Assembly: GCA_902525355.1 (NCBI GenBank)
Contig: CABZGO010000001.1
Span: forward strand, 2,641 to 66,640
Direction: 5' to 3'
Length of the DNA stretch: 64,000 nucleotides
Origin: an uncultured Pelagibacteraceae bacterium
GTDB taxonomy: Bacteria > Pseudomonadota > Alphaproteobacteria > Pelagibacterales > Pelagibacteraceae
Part shown: positions 48,723 through 58,421 of the stretch, piece after piece
Layout of the letters: every line of letters begins with the position of its first letter
Numbering within the stretch: position 1 is the first letter of the stretch
Notes under the pieces: generated by a model
Database searches by the model: none
The model's input: the letters and a program-made list of their open reading frames with translations, nothing else
Told to the model about the DNA's origin: nothing
Translations under genes and position numbers: made by a program

Positions 48723-49979
48723 TTACATGTTATCTAAAACTGAATCAGCCAAAGCGTTTGCTGCATCAACAGAGGACATGTCAGAATTAAAGTGTTCTGT
48801 AATCACATCTTGTAAAGCAGCCTTCATAGTATTACCTTGAGCCATTCCATGAGCGAAACTCGGAACTAATCCACCGCCTGCACCTGCAGTTTTGATGTCA
48901 GAATTCGAAGTTTTTGCACATTTATCAAATTCGTCCATAGAAACATCTAAACGTGCTGGAATTGATCCTTTGTATAGGTTGAAAACTTTTTGGAAGTTTT
49001 TACCCATCATTAATTTAGCTAATAACTTTTGACCTTCTTGTTTATCAGGATCACTTGTTTTATAGAATATAAAGCTATCTACATTGTACAAGTAACCATT
49101 ATTTGAAGGTGTTGGAGAACAATAGTAATCAACTCCTGGAACTTTTCCAGCAGCTGTAAATTCACCTTTTGCCCAGTCACCCATAATTTGGAAACCGGCT
49201 TTTCCCTCAATAACCATTCCAGTAGCAACGTTCCAGTCTCTACCTGGGCTACCTTCGTCAGTAAAACCTTGAAGTTTTCTCATTTGATCAAAAACTTTTA
49301 CAGTCGTCTCACTTCTAAGGCATGTTTCTTTAAGATCTACATAACAATTTTTGTAATAGTTATTTCCACCAATACCCATAGCAACTGCTTCAAAGACTGT
49401 TGCATCTTGCCAAGCTTGACCACCATGTGCGAAAGGAATTATTCCAGCAGCTTGAAGTTTCTCTGCTGCTGCATTTACTTCATCCCAAGTTGTTGGAACT
49501 GAAATTCCATTAGCATCAAACACTGCTTTGTTAGCCCACATCCAATCAATTCTATGAATGTTTACTGGTGCAGCACAGTATGGCCCACTGTTGTTTTGGC
49601 ATTTGTGAACTGCTGCAATCATTGGATCTAAAAGTCCATCCCAACCTTCCGATTGAGCTATAGGATCAATGTTGTATGGAGCTACTACTCCCTCTTGATC
49701 ATATTCTTGGATTGTTGGACCTTTAATTTGAGAAGCTGAAGGAGGATCTCCTGCAACTATTCTTGCTTTAAGTGCAACGTTAGCAGCGTCTCCACCACCA
49801 CCAGTTACAGGCATATCTAACCATTCACCACCGTTTGCAGCGAAATCATCTTTTAATACTTTAAGTGCGGCTGCTTCACCACCAGATGTCCACCAGTGCA
49901 AAACCTCAATTTTTGGTCCTGCAAAAGAAGATGTAGAAGTGAATGCAAAAGCGATTAAAGCTATTAACATTTTTTTCAT
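48723..49979 (-). CDS. Glucose-type ABC solute-binding protein (GtsA-like)
   Basis: EVLHWWTSGGEAAA, PVNIHR, HGGQAWQD, GRDWN, MGDWAKGE, KGSIPAR. Confidence 0.88.
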   Translation of the reverse strand: MKKMLIALIAFAFTSTSSFAGPKIEVLHWWTSGGEAAALKVLKDDFAANGGEWLDMPVTGGGGDAANVALKARIVAGDPPSASQIKGPTIQEYDQEGVVAPYNIDPIAQSEGWDGLLDPMIAAVHKCQNNSGPYCAAPVNIHRIDWMWANKAVFDANGISVPTTWDEVNAAAEKLQAAGIIPFAHGGQAWQDATVFEAVAMGIGGNNYYKNCYVDLKETCLRSETTVKVFDQMRKLQGFTDEGSPGRDWNVATGMVIEGKAGFQIMGDWAKGEFTAAGKVPGVDYYCSPTPSNNGYLYNVDSFIFYKTSDPDKQEGQKLLAKLMMGKNFQKVFNLYKGSIPARLDVSMDEFDKCAKTSNSDIKTAGAGGGLVPSFAHGMAQGNTMKAALQDVITEHFNSDMSSVDAANALADSVLDNM

Positions 49980-50068
49980 ATTTTCCCTCTTATTTGTTTT
50001 GTTAAATTAAGTTAACTTAAAAAAAACAATTATAGATTGATTTATTAAAAGACTACAAGAAAAAAAAA

Positions 50069-50084
50069 TACAACTATTAATTGA
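50069..50084. promoter_or_regulatory. Operator-like site upstream of glucose-type SBP
   Basis: tacaactattaattga, 12/16 identical to the 38750 site. Confidence 0.4.
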
Positions 50085-50093
50085 TTTGCAATA

Positions 50094-50996
50094 TTAGTAG
50101 ATTGATTTTCTTCCTAATCTTGCTGCACCTCTGACGCCACTAGCATCTCCGTACTTTGGCTTAAGAAACACACCTTCATACTCTCTGCCAGTTACAAATT
50201 TTCTTACGATACTTTCGATTTCACTTAAAAAATCAATTTCATTTGATACACCTCCGCCAAAAACAAAACAATCTGGATCAAGAATATTAATTATATTCGC
50301 TAAGGACATTGCTAAATTTACTTTAAAATTATCTATTAAATCTTCAGCATCTAAATCATGCTTTCTATATGAATCAAAAATTTCATTTGTCTTTAAATTC
50401 TTTTTGAATTTTTTATTGAATTTTTTTGCTAAACTTAAACCTGACATAAAACTCTCAATCTCACCCTCTCTTAAATTGGTAGACTCGAAGTTTTCTTTTT
50501 TTGCAATTAAATGAGTAATTTGATTATGTCCCCACTCTCCTGCTACTCCATTAGGTCCGCTCACTATTTTTTTATCTATTACCAAACCACCACCAACACC
50601 TGAACCAATTATTATTCCATAAACAATTTTATAATGTTTTCCCGCACCATCTAATGCTTCCGATAAAGCAAAACAATTTGCATCATTTTCACAAAATACC
50701 TCTTTACCCAATTCTTTTCTTAAATCATTTTGAAATGGTTTTTTTTCCAGCCAATAACAGTTTGGCGCATTTTTAACTAATCCAGTTTGAGGTGAATGTA
50801 TGCCAGGATGACATACACCGATTGGTAACACTTTATTTAATTCTTTCTCTAATTTTTTGTTAATATCTTTAATCGTTTTAACAATTTGGAAATAATCTTT
50901 TGGACAATCTGTTCTTTCACGATTACTCTCATTACCTTTTTCATCTAAAATTACACTTTCTATTTTTGTAGCTCCAACATCAATTCCTATTTGCAT
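50094..50996 (-). CDS. ROK family sugar kinase (Mak-like fructokinase)
   Basis: GIDVGATK, ENDANCFALSEA, GEWGH, GGGVS, GDASGVRGAA; no HTH. Confidence 0.85.
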   Translation of the reverse strand: MQIGIDVGATKIESVILDEKGNESNRERTDCPKDYFQIVKTIKDINKKLEKELNKVLPIGVCHPGIHSPQTGLVKNAPNCYWLEKKPFQNDLRKELGKEVFCENDANCFALSEALDGAGKHYKIVYGIIIGSGVGGGLVIDKKIVSGPNGVAGEWGHNQITHLIAKKENFESTNLREGEIESFMSGLSLAKKFNKKFKKNLKTNEIFDSYRKHDLDAEDLIDNFKVNLAMSLANIINILDPDCFVFGGGVSNEIDFLSEIESIVRKFVTGREYEGVFLKPKYGDASGVRGAARLGRKSIY

Positions 50997-50999
50997 AAA

Positions 51000-51749
51000 C
51001 TAATAAGTTGCTCTTCCACCACTCAAATCAAATACTGCAGCTGTTGAAAAAGAATTTTCTTCACTGGATAACCACGTAACAAGAGACGCTAATTCATCTA
51101 CTTTGGCAAATTTATTTCTTGGGATTTTAGATAACATATAATTAATATGTTCCTCAGTCATTTGATCAAAAATTCTAGTTTTTGCAGCAGCAGGGGTTAC
51201 ACAATTAACAGCTATATTTTTTAATGCTAATTCTTTTCCAAGCGATTTGGTTAAACCTATAACTCCAGCTTTAGAAGTGCTATAGGCACTGGCGTTAGGA
51301 TTGCCTTCTTTCCCAGCGATAGAGGCAATATTAACAATTCTTCCATAATTATTTTTTATCATGTAAGGAGTTACGGCTTTACAACAATAAAATACTGCAT
51401 TTAGATTTAAGTCTATAACTTTTTTCCATTCATCAAGTGGATAATCAACTACTGTAGTATTTTTTCCTGCAACACCTGCATTATTGATAAAAATATCGAT
51501 TTTTTTGTGTGTTTTTTCAATCTCAGCTAAATTTTTTCCTATATTCTCATAATTTCCAACATCTACAATTTGGTATGAAACCTTATCTGAATTAATTTTT
51601 TTTATTGCAATTTTAATTGCCTCTTCATCTATATCCCAAATTACAACGCTTGCTCCTGAAGCAATAAATCTTTCCGTAATAGCCAGTCCAAAACCTTGTG
51701 CGCCTCCTGTCACTATTGCAACTCTATCTTTTAAATCAAAATTAATCAT
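51000..51749 (-). CDS. SDR, 2-keto-3-deoxy-L-rhamnonate dehydrogenase (LRA5)-like
   Basis: TGGAQGFG, ASIAGKEGNPNASAYSTSK, C-terminal FDLSGGRATY. Confidence 0.8.
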   Translation of the reverse strand: MINFDLKDRVAIVTGGAQGFGLAITERFIASGASVVIWDIDEEAIKIAIKKINSDKVSYQIVDVGNYENIGKNLAEIEKTHKKIDIFINNAGVAGKNTTVVDYPLDEWKKVIDLNLNAVFYCCKAVTPYMIKNNYGRIVNIASIAGKEGNPNASAYSTSKAGVIGLTKSLGKELALKNIAVNCVTPAAAKTRIFDQMTEEHINYMLSKIPRNKFAKVDELASLVTWLSSEENSFSTAAVFDLSGGRATY

Positions 51750-51750
51750 A

Positions 51751-53223
51751 TTATTTTTTTTGTTTTTTTGACCTTAATAAAGGAAAAGCCAATGCAATAA
51801 AAGATAAAATAAAAAAGGTTAAAGCTATAGGTCTTGTTAAAAACATTAGCCAATTTCCATCAAAAATTACTAAAGATTGTCTTAAGGTTCCTTCTACTAA
51901 TTCTCCTAGAATTAATCCTATAATTACTGGAACAACTGAAAAACCAAATCTTCTCATAAAAAATCCTAGTGCACCAAAGAATAACATTATCCAGACATCA
52001 ATTATTGACTGACTTAAAGAATAAGTTCCACATACAGACACTGCAAATATCATAGGCCATAAAATTTTGTTAGGAACAAGAGTTATTCTTGCAAATAATT
52101 TTGCACCAAAAAAACCAAATATAAAAAATAAAACGTTTGCAATTAACATTGCTCCAAAAATTCCATACAAAAAATCAGGCTGTTCTCTAAATAGATCTGG
52201 ACCTGGTCTTACTCCATGAATTATAAGTCCAGTTAATATAACTGCTGTAGTAGCACTCCCAGGAATTCCAAGGGCTAAAGTTGGAACCATTGCGCCACCA
52301 GTAGCTGCATTATTGGCAGCCTCTGCTCCAGCAATTCCTTCTATTGATCCTTTGCCAAATTCCTCTGGTTCTTTAGAAAATCTTTTTGCTTCTGCGTACC
52401 CAATTAAAGATGCAACAGTTCCTCCCTCTGCTGGCAAAACACCAATGAAAGAACCTATGCCGCTTGATCTTAAAATTGTTTTCCATGTTTTCTTATAATC
52501 ATCTAGAGATGGGAGTTTTACCGCTTTTAATGCAACTCTTTTGAATACTTGATCAAGAAGTGTTGACTGAGTTAACATTTCGCTTATAGCAAATAAGCCT
52601 ACTACTACTGGGATAAATCCAATACCAACCGAAAGTTCATTAATTCCATAAGTAAATCTATCAATCGAAGTCATAAAATCTTTTCCAACAGTAGAAATTA
52701 AAATTCCAAATGCACCAGCTATTAAATTTTTAATTGGACTTCCCTCACCAATTGATGCGAGCATAGTTAAACCAAAAATAGCTAATGCAAAATATTCTGG
52801 TTGGCCAAATTCATAGGCAAGTTTAGCTAAAACTGGTGCAAAAAATACTAAAACTATCACACTAAATATTCCACCCACTGTGCTTGAAACTGTTGCCATA
52901 CCTAAAGCTCTTCCTGCTTCTCCCTTTTGAGCTAAAGGATAACCATCTAAACAAGTGGCTGCTGCTGCTGGAGTTCCAGGAGTATTTATTAAAACTGCAG
53001 TGATTGCACCACCATATGTTCCGGCGCAATAAATTGATGTTAAAAGGACTATTGCTGAAAGAGGGTCCAAAGTCATAGTAAATGGTAAAATTAATGCTCC
53101 GCCAGTTGTAGGACCTAATCCTGGTAAAACACCTAAAATTAGTCCAAATAAAGTTCCAAAAAGTAAAACGATTAATAACTTGGAACTAAATAAAGGCGCC
53201 ATCATTAATAAAAGATTATCCAT
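51751..53223 (-). CDS. tctA: Tripartite tricarboxylate transporter permease TctA
   Basis: GVLPGLGP, NTPGTP, DGYPLA, EAANNA, TLALGIPGS. Confidence 0.92.
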   Translation of the reverse strand: MDNLLLMMAPLFSSKLLIVLLFGTLFGLILGVLPGLGPTTGGALILPFTMTLDPLSAIVLLTSIYCAGTYGGAITAVLINTPGTPAAAATCLDGYPLAQKGEAGRALGMATVSSTVGGIFSVIVLVFFAPVLAKLAYEFGQPEYFALAIFGLTMLASIGEGSPIKNLIAGAFGILISTVGKDFMTSIDRFTYGINELSVGIGFIPVVVGLFAISEMLTQSTLLDQVFKRVALKAVKLPSLDDYKKTWKTILRSSGIGSFIGVLPAEGGTVASLIGYAEAKRFSKEPEEFGKGSIEGIAGAEAANNAATGGAMVPTLALGIPGSATTAVILTGLIIHGVRPGPDLFREQPDFLYGIFGAMLIANVLFFIFGFFGAKLFARITLVPNKILWPMIFAVSVCGTYSLSQSIIDVWIMLFFGALGFFMRRFGFSVVPVIIGLILGELVEGTLRQSLVIFDGNWLMFLTRPIALTFFILSFIALAFPLLRSKKQKK

Positions 53224-53224
53224 A

Positions 53225-53731
53225 CTAGTAATAATAAAGGTTTGTAATTATTCCTGGAGGAAATCTAAGACCCAGTATCATTTCGAAAAATATAAAAACT
53301 ACCAGTGGAAATATAATTCCAACTAATAGTAAATAAAAAACTCTTTTTTCACCCCAATTGTAAGAGACAAATATTGAAAGAACTGAAATAGCTAAGAAAA
53401 AATCTAATGTTTTAGAGATAATAACAAAAAAAATAAAACTTAAGATTGTTAAAAAAAATGGTTTTGGAAGTTTTTTTTCTTTTTTCCAAGGATTTTTGAA
53501 TGACAGATAATAAATAATTGTTGTTAAAAACATTATCAATACTAACAATCCTTTTGGGAAAGTAGCAGGTTGTATGCCTCTATTTAAAATCGGAGGGACC
53601 TTATCAAATGTAAAAGTAGTTACTAATAATATTGTTGAAACAAATATAATTACAAAAAAAACTTTAAATTCATCTTTAAAAAAAAAGGGCAAACTTTTGT
53701 TTGCCCTTTTTTTATTTCGTACATTATTCAT
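53225..53731 (-). CDS. tctB: Tripartite tricarboxylate transporter TctB
   Basis: 4 TM; PATFP; FEMILGLRFP; lies between tctA and tctC. Confidence 0.8.
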   Translation of the reverse strand: MNNVRNKKRANKSLPFFFKDEFKVFFVIIFVSTILLVTTFTFDKVPPILNRGIQPATFPKGLLVLIMFLTTIIYYLSFKNPWKKEKKLPKPFFLTILSFIFFVIISKTLDFFLAISVLSIFVSYNWGEKRVFYLLLVGIIFPLVVFIFFEMILGLRFPPGIITNLYYY

Positions 53732-53752
53732 AAAAAATGTACTTTCTTATGA

Positions 53753-54727
53753 CTAATTAATGTAACCCAAAGCTTTAAGTTGAGCAGTCATCTCTGCAAG
53801 CATGACTTCCATTTGCTTGCCCCACTCATCAGCTCCAACAACACTAGTTGAATCAAGGCCGATATCAGTTAAAAAACTTTGGAAATATTTATGTTCCATT
53901 GCTTTAATCATTGCATCTTCAAGTTGTTTTTTTCTATCGCCTGGAACACCTTTTCTTGTTACAAAACCTCTAACTGTTGAAAGCACAACTGGAATTCCTA
54001 ACTCAGTGGCAGTAGGAACATTACTTAATTTTTCCATTCTGTTACTAGCAAGTACAACTGAAACACACAATGTACCATCTTCAATTTCTGTTACAGCTTC
54101 TCCCAAGTTTAAAACACCTACATCAATATCTCCTTTGATAAGATTAGTTTTAATAGGACCAACACCTTTATAAGGAACAATTGTTGGGTCTGTTAATTTT
54201 CCTTTTTTTGTAAAAGCGATAGCACTTACATCATCAATACCACCAACGTGAGTAGTACCATATTTTAATGATTTAGATTTTTGAGCGCTAATAAATTTTT
54301 TAGCATCTTTAATATCATTTTTACAATTTACAACAAATAATTGAGGATCATCAGTTCCTCTAGCAAGTGGTTGCATATCACTTAATTTAACTTTTGTTTT
54401 TCCTAATGCCATAGAAACAGCATGTCCTGTAGTCCAAGTTAAAGTATGTTGACCATCTGCTGGTAAAGTCATCATGTAATCCATAGATGCAGCTCCACCA
54501 CCACCTTTCTTGTTAACTAATTGCATATCTTGTTTTAGATACCTTCTAGTTCTTAACAACATCATTCTAGTAGTTACGTCTGTACCACCACCAAAACCAG
54601 CGTGTGTAATAGCTTGAATTGGGTGACCATCTGCTTTTGCAGAAGTAATCATAAGTGGAAGTGCAACAACAAAAAATTCAGTTACCAAAAATGCGGCAGC
54701 TAAAAATAATTTAAAACTTTTTTTCAT
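53753..54727 (-). CDS. tctC: Tripartite tricarboxylate transporter binding protein TctC (Bug family)
   Basis: Signal peptide ending AKA|DGH; GGGTD, VNKKGGGG, PADG, VPYKG, VPTATELG. Confidence 0.85.
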   Translation of the reverse strand: MKKSFKLFLAAAFLVTEFFVVALPLMITSAKADGHPIQAITHAGFGGGTDVTTRMMLLRTRRYLKQDMQLVNKKGGGGAASMDYMMTLPADGQHTLTWTTGHAVSMALGKTKVKLSDMQPLARGTDDPQLFVVNCKNDIKDAKKFISAQKSKSLKYGTTHVGGIDDVSAIAFTKKGKLTDPTIVPYKGVGPIKTNLIKGDIDVGVLNLGEAVTEIEDGTLCVSVVLASNRMEKLSNVPTATELGIPVVLSTVRGFVTRKGVPGDRKKQLEDAMIKAMEHKYFQSFLTDIGLDSTSVVGADEWGKQMEVMLAEMTAQLKALGYIN

Positions 54728-54798
54728 TATTTCCCTCTTTTTCGTTAATTTATATTTAAATATATAAACATAATCTGATACATAGCGTAAAGTAAAAA

Positions 54799-55794
54799 AT
54801 GGCTCAAAATAAAATTAACATAGCAGTTCTTTTAGGGGACCCTTCTGGTATAGGTCCTGAATTAGTCTCAAAACTATTATCAGAGGAAATCACTAACAAG
54901 GCTAACTTAATTGTCATAGGTGAAAAAAATATATTAGAAAGTGGAAATAAAATTTCAGGCAAATCACACAATCTAAATTTTGTAGAAGATTTCGATAATA
55001 TTGATTTTGCGAAGGGTGATAAATTTTTTCTAGATATCTCTAATGGTAAAAATCATAATTATAAATTATCTGAGTGCTCTAAAGAGGCGGGAGAAAGCGT
55101 CTTAGCTTCGCTAAATTTAGCTTTAGATCTTGCTAAAGAAAATAAAATTCATGCAATAAACTTTGGACCTTTTAATAAAACAAGCCTTAAACTTGGAGGA
55201 AATAAATATTCTGATGAATTACATTTAATGGCTGAAAAGTTAGAGGTTAAAAATTTTTTTTGTGAATTTAATGTTATCGATAATTTTTGGACAGCAAGGG
55301 TATCATCACATATTCCGATAAAAGAAGTTCCAGAACATGTAAAAAAGGAAAAAATTATTAAGCCAATTAAACTTATAAATGAAGCTATGAAATTAAATGG
55401 TATTAAAAGTCCAAGAGTAGCAGTTCAAGCACTGAATCCTCATGCTGAATTTGGAACTGAGGAAAAAGAAGAAATTGTACCCGCAATAGAAGAGGCAAAA
55501 AAACTAGGTATTAATGCTGATGGACCTTTGCCATGTGATACTTCTTTTATTACTGCTTATAAAGATGGAAATTATGATTGTATTGTTGGTATGTATCATG
55601 ATGCTTTACAATCAGGTTTAAAAGCATTTGGATTTGATCGAGGAGTAACCGTTCAAGGGGGTTTACCTTTACCTATTACCACTCCTGCTCACGGTACAGC
55701 ATTTGATATTGCAGGTAAAAATAAAGCAAATTTAGAACCTACTTTGAATTCATTTAAAATTGCATTAACAATGGCAGAAAATAAAAACAATTAA
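54799..55794 (+). CDS. PdxA-family metal-dependent dehydrogenase (catabolic paralog)
   Basis: GDPSGIGPE, SSHIP, LNPHA, GPLPCDT, MYHD, HGTAFDIAGK. Confidence 0.85.
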   Translation: MAQNKINIAVLLGDPSGIGPELVSKLLSEEITNKANLIVIGEKNILESGNKISGKSHNLNFVEDFDNIDFAKGDKFFLDISNGKNHNYKLSECSKEAGESVLASLNLALDLAKENKIHAINFGPFNKTSLKLGGNKYSDELHLMAEKLEVKNFFCEFNVIDNFWTARVSSHIPIKEVPEHVKKEKIIKPIKLINEAMKLNGIKSPRVAVQALNPHAEFGTEEKEEIVPAIEEAKKLGINADGPLPCDTSFITAYKDGNYDCIVGMYHDALQSGLKAFGFDRGVTVQGGLPLPITTPAHGTAFDIAGKNKANLEPTLNSFKIALTMAENKNN

Positions 55795-56970
55795 ATGTCC
55801 AAAATAAAAAGTATTCGTAACAAGGTATATCAATGGAATGGTAAAACAGTTCCTCCACAAAACAATTTTTGCACAAATGCATCAGACCTTTTGTTTGAAA
55901 AGTCAGATGCTATGGGCTCTTTTAGATTTCATGAATGGTTAATATGTGAAGTTGAAACTGATGACGGAATTGTTGGAATTGGAAACGCGGCACTCGCACC
56001 TCAGTTGGTTAAAAAAACAATCGATACTTATTTAACGCCGTTAGTACTAGGTGAAGATCCTTTTGATTATTCTTATATCTGGGAAAAAATGTACAGAAGA
56101 ACGCATGCGTGGGGAAGAAGAGGTTTGGGTATGGTAGCTATTTCTGCAATTGATATTGCGCTCTGGGATATAATGGGAAAGATTACAAATAAACCTGTAT
56201 TTAAATTATTAGGTGGTAGAACAAAAGAAAAAATTCCTGTTTACGCATCTAAACTTTACAGCCAACCAATCAAGGACTTGCAAAAAGAAGCCGAAAGCTA
56301 TGTTAAGCAAGGTTTTAAAATGTTTAAAATGAGATTTGGGTGGGGGCCAAAAGATGGACCTGAAGGCATGAAAAAAAATATTGAGTTAGCTGAAGCAGTT
56401 AGAGAAGTTATTGGATATGATACTGACTTAATGATGGAATGTTATATGGGTTGGAACCTGGATTATGCAAAAAGGATGATACCAAAATTGGTAAAATTTA
56501 ACCCTAGATGGTTGGAGGAACCAGTTATAGCAGACGATATTCATGGATATGCTGAATTAAATAATATGAATGCAATTCCAATTTCTGGTGGAGAACATGA
56601 ATTCAACTTATTTGGGTTTAAACATTTGTTGGATATTAAAGCAGTCAGTTATATTCAATATGACAATAATAGAGTTGGTGGATTTACAATTGCAAATAAA
56701 ATAAATGCATTGGCAGAAGCTTATCAAGTACCAGTTATTCCTCATGCTGGTCAAATGCATAATTATCATTTAACAATGTCAAATTTTAATTGTCCAATTT
56801 CAGAGTTTTTTCCAGTCCATGATGTAGAAATAGGTAATGAATTATTTTACTATATTTTTGAAGGAGATCCTGCTCCTGAAAATGGACATATTGATCTAGA
56901 TGATAAAAAACCAGGTCTTGGTTTAACAATCACTGATAAATATATGTCTGATTTTAAAATTATAGAATAA
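55795..56970 (+). CDS. Enolase superfamily acid-sugar dehydratase, L-rhamnonate dehydratase (RhmD)-like
   Basis: [41 protein letters not shown]. Confidence 0.75.
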   Translation: MSKIKSIRNKVYQWNGKTVPPQNNFCTNASDLLFEKSDAMGSFRFHEWLICEVETDDGIVGIGNAALAPQLVKKTIDTYLTPLVLGEDPFDYSYIWEKMYRRTHAWGRRGLGMVAISAIDIALWDIMGKITNKPVFKLLGGRTKEKIPVYASKLYSQPIKDLQKEAESYVKQGFKMFKMRFGWGPKDGPEGMKKNIELAEAVREVIGYDTDLMMECYMGWNLDYAKRMIPKLVKFNPRWLEEPVIADDIHGYAELNNMNAIPISGGEHEFNLFGFKHLLDIKAVSYIQYDNNRVGGFTIANKINALAEAYQVPVIPHAGQMHNYHLTMSNFNCPISEFFPVHDVEIGNELFYYIFEGDPAPENGHIDLDDKKPGLGLTITDKYMSDFKIIE

Positions 56971-57885
56971 CTAATAGTCTTCTACTTCTTTAAGTTTGGG
57001 CATTGCATTAGCTGCTCCAGCTCTTGTTGTTGAAATACCAGCAACCTTATTTGCAAATTCTATAGCATCTTTGTTGTTTTGATTTTTAGATAAAGCATAA
57101 GCAAAAGCTCCATTAAATGCATCCCCTGCTCCAGTTGTATCTAAAACATCATCTTTTAAATTATAGGCATCAACAAAATAGCTTTCAGAGGAATTTGCAA
57201 AGTAAAGACCCTTTTGGCCTAATGTTATAACTATATTTTGTACTCCTTTTGCCAAAAAAGTTTTTGCCGCTTCTTCAATTTCTATTTTACTTTCAACTTT
57301 TTTTCCTAAATAAAAGCATACCTCTCTTTCATTAGGTGTAAAATAATCCATACATTTAAAATCAATCTCATTAATGTTTGCTGCAGGTGCTGGATTAAAA
57401 ATTGTAACAGATCCTGACTCTTTCGCTTTATTAAGTGCATAACTAGTTACTTCATAAGGTGTTTCTAACTGAGTTAAAAAAATTTTTGAGTTTTTTAAAA
57501 ACTCAATATTATTATCAATATCTTTATTTGATAAAGAACCAGCGGCGCCAGGCACAATATTGATTGCGTTATCTCCTGTTTTCTCATTTATCATTATACC
57601 TGCAACGCCAGTTGACTGATTTGGATCTTGAATTATTGAAGCTGTATTAATTCCAGTCTCCTTATACAACTTAAGAGCCATCTTGGCATTTTGATCATCT
57701 CCTATCTTGGTTATAAAATTTACATTTCCACCAAGTCTTGCAGCAGCAATAGCTTGGTTTGACCCTTTTCCGCCCGGACCAACTATATGACTCTTACCTA
57801 AAACTGTTTCACCTTTGATAGGAATTTTGTCAGCAAAAAAACAAAGATCAGCTACAAATACTCCAAAGACACATATTGAGTTCAT
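56971..57885 (-). CDS. rbsK: Ribokinase (PfkB family)
   Basis: PGGKGSNQA, QLETP, NPAPA, PNERE, DTTGAGDAFNG. Confidence 0.85.
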   Translation of the reverse strand: MNSICVFGVFVADLCFFADKIPIKGETVLGKSHIVGPGGKGSNQAIAAARLGGNVNFITKIGDDQNAKMALKLYKETGINTASIIQDPNQSTGVAGIMINEKTGDNAINIVPGAAGSLSNKDIDNNIEFLKNSKIFLTQLETPYEVTSYALNKAKESGSVTIFNPAPAANINEIDFKCMDYFTPNEREVCFYLGKKVESKIEIEEAAKTFLAKGVQNIVITLGQKGLYFANSSESYFVDAYNLKDDVLDTTGAGDAFNGAFAYALSKNQNNKDAIEFANKVAGISTTRAGAANAMPKLKEVEDY

Positions 57886-58349
57886 TATTTATCAAGAACC
57901 CAAACACTACCATCTGGTTTAATTACTCCCTTCGTTAATATAAAACACCCATATGGTCTCATTTCAGAGGTAGATACAATTAATTGAGATTTTTTTGCCT
58001 CTTTATAAAATTCTTGTCTTTCAATTGAGCCAACCCTCCAATTTTCTCCAGAGGTTTCTTTTACAGCTTTAATAAAATCTTTGTGACAATCAGTTAATTC
58101 ATCAGGTTTGTTATCAACCTGCATTCTATTTGCAGCTGACTCTATGAAACTATCTAATGGAAAAACAGAAAGAATAGCCTTTGTAGCTTCGTAAATATCT
58201 ACTCCATCTAATCTGATTACTTTATTATTTAAAGAATGAGAATATGCTGGAAAATTAGCATCTGTTAAAACCAGTTTATCGCCATGACCCATTGCTCTTA
58301 ACTGATATAGGAGTTCAGGGCTTAAAATTGGATTAATTTTAATAAGCAT
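57885..58349 (-). CDS. RbsD/FucU family mutarotase/pyranase
   Basis: SPELL..MGHGD..DANFP, FPLD, ERQEFY, YGCFILTKG. Confidence 0.88.
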   Translation of the reverse strand: MLIKINPILSPELLYQLRAMGHGDKLVLTDANFPAYSHSLNNKVIRLDGVDIYEATKAILSVFPLDSFIESAANRMQVDNKPDELTDCHKDFIKAVKETSGENWRVGSIERQEFYKEAKKSQLIVSTSEMRPYGCFILTKGVIKPDGSVWVLDK

Positions 58350-58372
58350 TTATCCACTATATTATATAAAAA

Positions 58373-58401
58373 AAAAGGGTGAAATAAAATTCCACCCTTT
58401 T
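58373..58401 (-). terminator. Stem-loop/terminator after RbsB-like gene
   Basis: aaaagggtg-aaataaaattc-caccctttt with a U-tract on the minus strand. Confidence 0.65.
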
Positions 58402-58421
58402 AATTTTGATTTTTCTAAAGA

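Noticed and set aside
50094-50996. ROK protein as the island's transcriptional repressor
   Set aside because: Starts directly with the kinase motif GIDVGATK and has no N-terminal HTH.
54799-55794. pdxA for vitamin B6 biosynthesis
   Set aside because: Catabolic context and apparently altered substrate residues, so the symbol was not assigned.
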